From: Erysipelothrix larvae
GTDB taxonomy: Bacteria > Bacillota_I > Bacilli_A > Erysipelotrichales > Erysipelotrichaceae
NCBI RefSeq assembly: GCF_001545095.1
Contig: NZ_CP013213.1
Location: 390,001-422,000, forward strand
Reading direction: 5' to 3'
DNA: 32,000 bases
Below the pieces are notes generated by a model, which did no database searches, was not told the DNA's origin, and saw only the letters and a list, made by a program, of their open reading frames with translations. A program made the translations under genes and the position numbers. Below, piece by piece: positions 23,317-32,000 of the stretch. Position 1 is the first letter of the stretch. Every line of letters starts with the position of its first letter.

Positions 23317-23700
23317 ATGAGAATAAAGGAAGTCAGTGAGTTATTGGGGATATCGTCACATACACTTCGATATTATGAAAAAGTTGGATTGATGCGTCCA
23401 GTTCCGAAAAACGGAGGTGGGATTCGTGATTATGAAGAACAAGATGTTTCGCGACTCCGCTTTATTCAATGCATGCGCAGTGCAGATGTATCCATTGATA
23501 TTTTGAAACAATATATTGATTTGTTTGATTCACCAGGTGATACAACATTGCAGCGTAAAGCACTCTTAAAGGATCAGTATGAAATCATGCAGGCTAAGTA
23601 TCAAGCAATGGAAGAAGGGCTTGCATATCTTGAGCATAAAATCAGCTTGTTGGATACAAATCAGCTCGATACAAAGCTTGAGGAAAGTATTAGAAAGTGA
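23317..23700 (+). CDS. MerR-family transcriptional regulator
   Basis: MRIKEVSELLGISSHTLRYYEKVGLM HTH followed by a coiled-coil dimerisation helix. It starts 2 nt after the reductase stop. Confidence 0.9.
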   Translation: MRIKEVSELLGISSHTLRYYEKVGLMRPVPKNGGGIRDYEEQDVSRLRFIQCMRSADVSIDILKQYIDLFDSPGDTTLQRKALLKDQYEIMQAKYQAMEEGLAYLEHKISLLDTNQLDTKLEESIRK

Positions 23701-23708
23701 AACAATCA

Positions 23709-24298
23709 ATGAAAACATTTTACATGATGCGTCATGGACAGACGCTGTTTAACGTCCGTAGGAAAATTCAAGGGGATTGCGATTCACCACTTACACCGCT
23801 TGGACAAAAACAAGCATTGGTCGCAAAAAACTATTTGGAAGATGTGGGGTTTGATCATTTTTATTCATCAACATCTGAACGGCTTCAGATACATTGGAAC
23901 TCATGATTGGAAGTGAACTTCCATATACACGGCTAAAAGGGCTTAAAGAGCGTAGTTTTGGCATGTTTGAAGGGGAGAGTGAAGACTTAAATCCTTCATG
24001 GCAAAATGGTTACGACGACATGTTTCCAAACTTTGGGGGAGAAACAAGTGATGAAGTGATGCTTCGCTTGAAAAAGACCTGTATTGAGATTATGGAACAG
24101 GCGGACCATCAAAAAGTGTTGGCAGTGTCTCATGCTGGTTCCAGTTATCATTTCTTAAGGAATTGGCTGGATGATGAAACTATTTCCCAGATTTTTAAAG
24201 ATGGTGGATTCCCGAATTGTTGTATTGTAAAATATGAGTACCAAGAGGGTGAATTTACGTTTGTCGACGTAATTCGCCCTGACTTCTCAAATCTATAA
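23709..24298 (+). pseudogene. Histidine phosphatase (phosphoglycerate-mutase family), interrupted by a -1 frameshift
   Basis: Frame 1 reads MKTFYMMRHGQTLFN ... YSSTSER, then runs into LQIHWNS-stop. Frame 2, from 23882, reads ASDTLELMIGSELPYTRLKGLKERSFGMFEG ... AVSHAG. Adding one G to the GG at 23881-23882 restores the family consensus SSTSERASDTLEL. Confidence 0.75.
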
Positions 24299-24315
24299 AA
24301 GAAAGAGGATCCATT

Positions 24316-25479
24316 ATGATTTATGCATATTACCTGTTTATGTTCTTTGGGCTAGGGGTGTTTTTGCCTTTTTTATCCGTTTACTTTGTCGAAACGACAC
24401 CGATGCGTGCCAGTCAAGTAACCTTAATGATGGCATTTGTACCTGTGATTCAGTTTTTTTCCACTAACTTCTTTGCCTTCTTAAGTGACAAAACCCGAAA
24501 ATATAAACCAATTCTTGTGTTCGCAACCTTGTGCACGATTGCAAGTTGTTTGTTCTTAGGTTATGTAGCACGTTTTGAATTGGTAGCGTTAGTGATCGTC
24601 GCCTATGCAATCTTTGCATTTTTCATGCAATCACCGTCTCAATTATCCGAGAACTTTGTCCTTCAGTATTCGAATGAACGCAATATTCCTTATGGTCGTT
24701 TACGGTTGTTTGGATCTTTGGGGTATGCGATTGCTGGGTATTTTGGTGGTGCTTTAACTCAAGAGTTTGGGTTGTCAATTATCTTTATCGTATATGCAAT
24801 TTGTTTGTCGACGCCTTTAGTACTGGTTAATAAGTTTCCAGATATTAAGGAAGTGGAAAGAGAACAAAAAGAAGACATACCGAAGGATTCTAATATCTAT
24901 AAGCGCTTGTTTGCGAATAAACGCTTTGTGGTTTTATTGTCTGTGTCTTTTTTCATCCTAGCATCAATTAGTGTTATTGCGACATTCTTTGGGATTTATA
25001 TTACTGAACATGTTGGTTTGGATCTTAAGTTTCTCGGTTTAACAACACTGATTTCTGCAGGGACAGAAATACCGATGATGTTTTTTTCAAACAAACTCAT
25101 TGATAAATTTGGTGCGTATAAGATTTTAGCGGTTGCGGCAATCCTTAATGCAATGCGCTTTATTGTCTATTTGATGTTCCCAGTTCGAAGTGTTATCTTG
25201 CTTGTGACCGCAACCCATGGTATTGGTTATGGTTCTGCGTTCACTTCGATAATCCATCTTATTGATAAAGAAATCCCTGCAAATATACGTGCATCTGCAT
25301 TATCCCTTAATACAACCCTTGCAATGGGGATTGGGACTTCTGTCATTACAATTTTGGGCAGTACATTCTTTAATGCGCGTACGGTATTTGGATTGTTGGC
25401 ATTCTTTGAAGTGTGTGGACTTGCAATCTGCCTGTACTTAATCAATACAACCAAAGAAGATGAAACGTTGGTGATTTAG
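24316..25479 (+). CDS. MFS transporter (12 TM, MFS_1_like type)
   Basis: SD AAGAGGA upstream. About 12 hydrophobic helices with a central charged loop (KEVEREQKEDIPKD). N-terminal LPFLSVYF and FAFLSDK motifs. Confidence 0.8.
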   Translation: MIYAYYLFMFFGLGVFLPFLSVYFVETTPMRASQVTLMMAFVPVIQFFSTNFFAFLSDKTRKYKPILVFATLCTIASCLFLGYVARFELVALVIVAYAIFAFFMQSPSQLSENFVLQYSNERNIPYGRLRLFGSLGYAIAGYFGGALTQEFGLSIIFIVYAICLSTPLVLVNKFPDIKEVEREQKEDIPKDSNIYKRLFANKRFVVLLSVSFFILASISVIATFFGIYITEHVGLDLKFLGLTTLISAGTEIPMMFFSNKLIDKFGAYKILAVAAILNAMRFIVYLMFPVRSVILLVTATHGIGYGSAFTSIIHLIDKEIPANIRASALSLNTTLAMGIGTSVITILGSTFFNARTVFGLLAFFEVCGLAICLYLINTTKEDETLVI

Positions 25480-25488
25480 TTCATGATT

Positions 25489-25517
25489 GAAGAGATGTTA
25501 AGTACGTCTCTTTTTTC
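25489..25517 (+). terminator. Intrinsic terminator after MFS transporter 1
   Basis: AAGAGATG / CGTCTCTT stem (one G-U pair) followed by TTTTT. Confidence 0.6.
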
Positions 25518-25655
25518 TTGCCCCTAATTACTTCAATACACTAAAAGTCTGATTTATCATGGTGTGTAAGGCAGTGATGCTGTATAATCAAGAGTATGTG
25601 AAAATGTCCAAGGGAGATATTTTTGTTTTTATAAGAAGAGGAGATACGTTTTTGT

Positions 25656-26819
25656 ATGTTTAAAAGGTATAAGGGGAGTTATCTAAGTTATTTTCTAATG
25701 TATAACTTTTACTACTTATCATGGGCACTGTTTTCTGCATTGATCTCTGTGTATCTATTGGATAAGGGGTTTAAACCCAGTGATGTTTCATTAGTGGTGT
25801 CGTTTTCATTTTTTTCATCCATGGTCGCACAACCCCTTATTGGTGTCATCAGTGATAAGTACAACAGTAAGCTTGTGAACACAGTGCTTTTGTGTATTGC
25901 AAGTTTGGGTGGGCTATATTTTGCCTATGCAAAGACCCTTTTTGAAATCACCTTTGGGTATAGTTTGGTGATGTTGTTGGTGAATGGTACCAGTCCTGTC
26001 GTTGAAAAGATGGCAACCACAAGCAGTTTTCAATACGGTAAGATTCGTATATGGGGGACGATTGGGTATGCTGTGGGATCACAATTATCGGGGTTGATCT
26101 ATGAAAAGATATCCCCTCAAACCATCTTTCTTGTATTTGCATTTACGATGGTGCTGTCGATACTGGGGTTATTGGGTGTGCGTGATGTTGAACAACCCAT
26201 TGACCCTAAACAAGATCGGACGAAAGTCGGGTTTATGAGTTTGTTTAAGAATCGTCAGTATTTGTTTTATATTGTGATTGCGAGTATTTTCTATGGTGTC
26301 ACAAACATTGGACACACGTACACCTCATCCATGCTTCAAAGTGAAGGGATTGATGTGAGTTTAGTGTCGACGATTTTATCCTTTGCGGTAATCTGTGAAT
26401 CCCCCGTTGTGTTTTTCTCAGGGAAGTTTATGGATCGCATTGGCAATAAACAATTGCTCTATATAGCCTATGGTGCAATGATCGTACAATACTTAATTTA
26501 TGGCTTTAGTTTCCCAATGAGCCTTAAAATTCTTGTGACCTTATTATTCAAACATGCACCTGGGATGTTATTTATTATGATTAACCTAAAAGTTGTGAAT
26601 ACATTAATTGATGCAAAAGCTCAGATTACTGCCTTGGCGATTGTTCAGACAGTTCGTAGTTTAGCATCCATTGTATTTCAAAACATTGGTGGTACGCTTC
26701 TTGATTTTACAACATATCAAAATCTCTTTTTATTCATGCTGGCCATGATGGTTATCGGGATGGTTCTCATCGTTTTTGCGAAGATTCCATCGGGTAATGA
26801 TAAACGCTTATTCAGTTAA
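25656..26819 (+). CDS. MFS oligosaccharide:H+ symporter-like permease (LacY-like)
   Basis: 12 TM helices. N-terminal FYYLSWALFSALISVYLLDKGFKPSDVSLVVSFSFFSSMVAQPLIGVISDK resembles the LacY/RafB family block ending QPLFGLLSDK. Confidence 0.7.
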   Translation: MFKRYKGSYLSYFLMYNFYYLSWALFSALISVYLLDKGFKPSDVSLVVSFSFFSSMVAQPLIGVISDKYNSKLVNTVLLCIASLGGLYFAYAKTLFEITFGYSLVMLLVNGTSPVVEKMATTSSFQYGKIRIWGTIGYAVGSQLSGLIYEKISPQTIFLVFAFTMVLSILGLLGVRDVEQPIDPKQDRTKVGFMSLFKNRQYLFYIVIASIFYGVTNIGHTYTSSMLQSEGIDVSLVSTILSFAVICESPVVFFSGKFMDRIGNKQLLYIAYGAMIVQYLIYGFSFPMSLKILVTLLFKHAPGMLFIMINLKVVNTLIDAKAQITALAIVQTVRSLASIVFQNIGGTLLDFTTYQNLFLFMLAMMVIGMVLIVFAKIPSGNDKRLFS

Positions 26820-26861
26820 GCTTATTTAGGTATAATTATTTTTGTTTTTGTGAGAAAATAA

Positions 26862-28301
<1,440 letters not shown>

Positions 28302-28305
28302 CGAT

Positions 28306-28330
28306 AAGGAGCATGTCTCCTTTTCTTTTA
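28306..28330 (+). terminator. Intrinsic terminator after the GH1 gene
   Basis: AAGGAG CATGT CTCCTT followed by a T-rich run (TTTTCTTTT). Confidence 0.6.
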
Positions 28331-28423
28331 CTTTCTACAATGATCCTAGCATCAAATCATGAAACACACCCAGAATCTTTTAATTTTGCTAAACAAGTGT
28401 CATAATAATAAAAAAGGGGGTGA

Positions 28424-29539
28424 ATGCGTGTGAAGGTTGTATCACTGATTGATTCATTTAAACACAGTTTTCCATCCCAACAAGGCTGTGAGATTGTGAA
28501 ACGGGCGATATCAGGTCATGATGTGAGCGCGTTTTGTGTTGCGGATGGGGGCGAAGGAACAACGCAAATTCTTACGGAATTGTACCAGGGAGACATGCGT
28601 GAAGTGCTAATTGTTGATCCATGTGGACGTCCACTAAGATCCCCTTTGGGTTATGTGAAGGAAAAGAACGTGGCGATTCTTGAAAGTGCTGAAGGGGCAG
28701 GTATTCAAAAGGTACGTCGCGATGAATTGAATCCCTATACCTTAAGCAGTTATGGCGTCGGACTGCATCTCAAAGAAGCATTAAATCTAGGTGTCGATAC
28801 GATAATTTTAGGATTGGGTGGGAGTGCTACATTGGATTGTGGGTATGGCATGTTGATGGCTTTAGGACTCAGATTTATCGATACCAATGGAAACTACATG
28901 ACACACTTTGATGTGCGTTTGGGAGATGTGAAAACGATTGAATGGGATCAGCTTGATCCGCGCTTAAACACAATCCATATGATCCTTGCCAGTGATGTTA
29001 CCAATCCTCTTTTGAAAGAAAAGGGGAGTGTGTATGTCTTTGGGAAGCAAAAAGGGCTCGATCCACAACACTTTGAATCGTATGATCTTGATATGGCACA
29101 CTTTGCAAAGATGATAAGTGATCATGCTGGGGTCGATGGTGCACACACACCAGGTGCAGGTGCAGCAGGTGGAATTGGGTTTGCCCTTGCCAGTATTTGT
29201 GATTGTGAGTTTGTATCAGGGGTTGACCTGATCTTAAATGATCCAATGATTCAACAAGCACTAGACGGTGCTGATGTGGTACTTACAGGTGAAGGATGCA
29301 TTGATGCTCAATCCTTAGATGGAAAGTTAATATCAGGTGTGATTAGGGAATGTCAGAAGCGATCTGTTGGCTGTGTTTTGGTATGCGGTCACTATGATCT
29401 TGATACAAGTCTTGATGGAGTCAAAGATGTCATTGTAATCAGTGATCCTGATTTAAGCCTTGATGAGGCATTGGATCAAGGGCCTGAAAACCTTGAATTA
29501 GCAATCTCCAAATATTTCAATACCATGAAAAAGGTCTAG
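28424..29539 (+). CDS. glxK: Glycerate kinase
   Basis: IDSFK, ADGGEGT and TGEGCIDAQSLDGK motifs. The true start may be GTG 28430, which is 9 nt from the SD AAGGGGGTGA and gives MKVVSLIDSFK. Confidence 0.85.
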   Translation: MRVKVVSLIDSFKHSFPSQQGCEIVKRAISGHDVSAFCVADGGEGTTQILTELYQGDMREVLIVDPCGRPLRSPLGYVKEKNVAILESAEGAGIQKVRRDELNPYTLSSYGVGLHLKEALNLGVDTIILGLGGSATLDCGYGMLMALGLRFIDTNGNYMTHFDVRLGDVKTIEWDQLDPRLNTIHMILASDVTNPLLKEKGSVYVFGKQKGLDPQHFESYDLDMAHFAKMISDHAGVDGAHTPGAGAAGGIGFALASICDCEFVSGVDLILNDPMIQQALDGADVVLTGEGCIDAQSLDGKLISGVIRECQKRSVGCVLVCGHYDLDTSLDGVKDVIVISDPDLSLDEALDQGPENLELAISKYFNTMKKV

Positions 29540-29711
29540 CAATAGGTCTTTTTTTATTTACGGATTCATAATATTCGTAAATTTTGTAGGGATATTGAAA
29601 TGAACTAAAAAGAGCTGAAAATAAATTCATAAAATGAGTAAAAAAAAACGTATTCATGCATAAAATTATTTGATAAATTAAACACAAAGATTAAGACGGA
29701 GGGAAGAAGTT

Positions 29712-30992
29712 ATGCTGAAGCGTCAATTTACGCAAAGCGCTCACCGTTTAGGATTGATGGTTTTAATCAGCTTGTTTTATTTCAATCCATTGTATGCAGC
29801 TGCTTATGAAGATAAGCACGATCTTTTAGTTGGTACACATGGAACAAGCGAATGGGTTATTACCTATGATGGGATCCTAAAAATATATGACGGTGAGTTT
29901 GAGCTTGGTACCAATCTGAAATGGTGGGATTATAAGGATTTCATCACGAAGATTGAGTTTGTGGGAAATGTAATTGCACATAGGAATTCAACAACCTTGT
30001 TTGGAGAATTAGATAAAGTGCAAGAGATTGTGGGGCTTGAGAAATTGGATACCACAGGGGTAGAAGTGTTTCAAGATATGTTTAGAGGCATGACATCCAT
30101 CAAACATTTGGATTTAAAAGGAATGAATACTGAACGTGGCATCAATATGATTGGGATGTTCAGTGGGATGAGCCAGCTTGAGTCACTGGATATCTCGCAG
30201 TTTGACACGTCCAAATTGATGTATGCTCGAGGGTTATTTAGTGGGTTGAGTTCACTAAAATCCTTAGACTTATCAAATTTTGATACACAAAATCTTGTGG
30301 ATGCACGGTTTATGTTTGAAGGGATGACATCACTTGTAGACCTGAAGATGATGCAAACAGATTTAAGAAATCTTGAATTTGGATATGAATTGTTGGTGGG
30401 GGCACCATCGATTCAAAGCATTACGTTAACAGAAACATTCTCTTTTGGAAATGATCCCGATTTGTTTGCGTTACATGATATTATATCAAGTCCAATGTTT
30501 GATGACACGCTGTATACAGGCCTGTGGCAAAACGTTGGCACTGGGACACTTGATAACCCATTAGGAGAATTTATCTTCAGCACCCATGATTTATTGGTGT
30601 ACTACAACGGAATTGAAATGGCAGACACGTATGTCTGGCAACCCATTCTAAAATCTGAAGAAGAATCAGACATTGACCTTGATCTAGAGATTGAATCGGA
30701 CATTGAGACTGAAAGCGATGAGGGGTCAAAAGAGACGGGGAATACACAGGACCCAGAATATGTTGAGAATGGTCCAGATGAAACGGGGCATGAAAACCCC
30801 ATAGAGAAAAGTGAGGGTGAAGTGGAGGAAACTTCGTCACTACCACAGGATGAAAACATTGCGACGGATTCGCAAGAGTCTACCAAAAATCTACCAAAAG
30901 CAGGAATATTGTCAGTGAGTTATCGAAGTGGATTTGCATCATGTTTTGTGGGATGTCTTGTATTGTTTCTGAATAAGAAATCAATCAAGTGA
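29712..30992 (+). CDS. BspA/DUF285-type leucine-rich-repeat surface protein with LPKAG cell-wall sorting signal
   Basis: Signal peptide. About 25-aa repeats of the form MFxGMxSLxxLDLSxFDTSxLxxxxxMF. Acidic linker (ESDIDLDLEIESDIETESDEG). LPKAG (30891-30905) followed by a hydrophobic helix and a KK tail. Confidence 0.8.
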   Translation: MLKRQFTQSAHRLGLMVLISLFYFNPLYAAAYEDKHDLLVGTHGTSEWVITYDGILKIYDGEFELGTNLKWWDYKDFITKIEFVGNVIAHRNSTTLFGELDKVQEIVGLEKLDTTGVEVFQDMFRGMTSIKHLDLKGMNTERGINMIGMFSGMSQLESLDISQFDTSKLMYARGLFSGLSSLKSLDLSNFDTQNLVDARFMFEGMTSLVDLKMMQTDLRNLEFGYELLVGAPSIQSITLTETFSFGNDPDLFALHDIISSPMFDDTLYTGLWQNVGTGTLDNPLGEFIFSTHDLLVYYNGIEMADTYVWQPILKSEEESDIDLDLEIESDIETESDEGSKETGNTQDPEYVENGPDETGHENPIEKSEGEVEETSSLPQDENIATDSQESTKNLPKAGILSVSYRSGFASCFVGCLVLFLNKKSIK

Positions 30993-31061
30993 TGCAAGTT
31001 TGTGAACGTTTCAAAAAAATTCACTGAAAAATGTTTCTATATCTTAGTGAGCATGTTTAAA

Positions 31062-31092
31062 TTAAGTGTGCAGGGTTACTCTGCACACTTAA
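31062..31092 (+). promoter_or_regulatory. Perfect 12-bp inverted repeat immediately upstream of the Mga-like gene's SD
   Basis: TTAAGTGTGCAG (31062-31073) - GGTTACT - CTGCACACTTAA (31081-31092). SD AAGGAGG starts at 31095. No T-run follows, so it is not a canonical terminator. Confidence 0.5.
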
Positions 31093-31102
31093 CTAAGGAG
31101 GA

Positions 31103-32000
31103 ATGATGGAAGCACTGTTTTACAAATTTATTTATGATAAACAAATTAAACGCGTGATTAAGATGTTGGATTATCTATATCAAGCGAAACACCATGTTAC
31201 ACTTACTGAAATTGCAGAGTTCTTAGGCGTTACACCCAAAACAATTTATGCAACAATCGACCTGTGCAATACACATTTGTCTGAAGAAGAGTGTGTTAGC
31301 ATTGTGGGTAAGGAAATTGTGTACAGTGGCGGGGTGAATGAGTCCATTGAGGGTTCATTGATTAAAGTTGCACAAAAATCAATTGAATTTCAAATATTAG
31401 AGTATGCTTTTACCAATCGTAGGCTAACCTCAAAAGAACTTGCAGATGAGTTATATATCTCAGACTCGATGTTACGATCACGCATTAAACATATTAATCA
31501 AGCGCTGGAGCCCTTTAATTGTATGTTGTCATCGTATACGGTTCAAATGTGTGGGGACGAAAAGAACATTCGATATTTCTACTATACGTATTACAATGAG
31601 ATTCAAGAACTTTTTATCTCAATCAATGGTGACAAATTACGCTATGTGAATGACTTAACACGAAAAGTCAATTCAGTGTATCAAAAAATCGACGCACCCA
31701 AGTTACATTTTAATGTCCAACAAATAGCACGATGGTATCTGTTGATTCGTGAACGCATTGTGTCGGGGAATTATATTGAACTGGATGGGTGGTTTATCGA
31801 CCAAATTACCAAACGATCGTCTTATGGAATCTTTCGCAGCATTTATGAGCCACAGATTAAAGAAGCGGTGGGGGGACTTTTCATACCAGAAGCAGAACTT
31901 GTCTGGGCATATGTGATTTGCTTTAGCGCAACGGTGTATACCGCAAAAGCCCTTGAAGATCCATCCGTGACTTTGTATTGTGATGAACAAGACAATTTAA
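31103..32000 (+). CDS. Mga-like / HTH-domain transcriptional regulator, 5' part (continues beyond the window)
   Basis: Not in the supplied ORF track. My manual translation from ATGATG at 31103/31106 shows no stop through nt 32000 (about 299 codons). Two HTH-like segments (VTLTEIAEFLGVTPKTIYATI, LTSKELADELYISDSMLRSRIKHINQAL) are typical of Mga/PRD-type stand-alone regulators. Confidence 0.6.
   Translation, partial: MMEALFYKFIYDKQIKRVIKMLDYLYQAKHHVTLTEIAEFLGVTPKTIYATIDLCNTHLSEEECVSIVGKEIVYSGGVNESIEGSLIKVAQKSIEFQILEYAFTNRRLTSKELADELYISDSMLRSRIKHINQALEPFNCMLSSYTVQMCGDEKNIRYFYYTYYNEIQELFISINGDKLRYVNDLTRKVNSVYQKIDAPKLHFNVQQIARWYLLIRERIVSGNYIELDGWFIDQITKRSSYGIFRSIYEPQIKEAVGGLFIPEAELVWAYVICFSATVYTAKALEDPSVTLYCDEQDNL

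Noticed and set aside
23734-23916. 60-aa ORF in a third frame across the phosphatase frameshift site
   Set aside because: Its translation shows no family motif. The other two frames together reconstruct a complete histidine phosphatase.
28964-29261. Minus-strand ORFs inside the glycerate kinase gene
   Set aside because: They are antisense to a gene with clear family motifs.
29540-29570. Possible terminator after glycerate kinase (AGGTCT ... AGGTCTTTTTTT)
   Set aside because: The two AGGTCT elements are direct, not inverted, so no stem can form. Only the T-run is present.
30577-30886. Minus-strand ORFs 30577-30846 and 30602-30886
   Set aside because: They are antisense to the acidic linker of the LRR protein. 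Their Ser/Asp-rich translation is a mirror artefact of the GA-rich coding strand.
31440-31990. ORFs 31440-31649 (+) and 31703-31990 (-)
   Set aside because: Both lie within the longer open frame (31103 to the window end) that has an SD and HTH motifs. The ORF track missed that frame only because it lacks a stop inside the window.

Overview
This looks like a Bacillota chromosome segment, judged from gene content and the cdaA-cdaR-glmM synteny. The finer taxon cannot be determined from the sequence alone. I call about 27 protein-coding genes, almost all on the + strand. I found no rRNA, tRNA, CRISPR array, transposase or integrase.

Gene order, left to right:
- 3' part of a DUF2207 membrane protein, then a DeoR (FruR-like) regulator.
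- A 1.2-kb AT-rich stretch with no ORF of 60 aa or more.
- An orphan three-gene operon (2821-5682): two unknown, possibly paralogous proteins plus a PD-(D/E)XK nuclease-like protein.
- A membrane-anchored type I pullulanase.
- fruK-fruA (1-phosphofructokinase and PTS fructose EIIABC).
- A tightly packed seven-gene string: cdaA, cdaR, glmM, an OmpR-type response regulator, a histidine kinase, an NYN/LOTUS protein and maf.
- A divergent pair of a CDF-like transporter and a TetR regulator.
- A small acidic orphan protein.
- A string of aldo/keto reductase, MerR regulator, frameshifted histidine phosphatase and MFS transporter, behind a MerR-type promoter.
- A LacY-like permease, a GH1 6-phospho-beta-glucosidase and a glycerate kinase.
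- A BspA/DUF285-type LRR surface protein with an LPKAG anchor.
- The 5' part of an Mga-like regulator, which is absent from the ORF track because it runs off the right edge.

The best candidate for an undescribed system is the AT-rich three-gene cassette at 2821-5682. It sits between the FruR-like regulator and fruKA, has its own terminators on both sides, and does not match any defence-system architecture I know. All family assignments rest on motif recognition by eye; no database search was possible.
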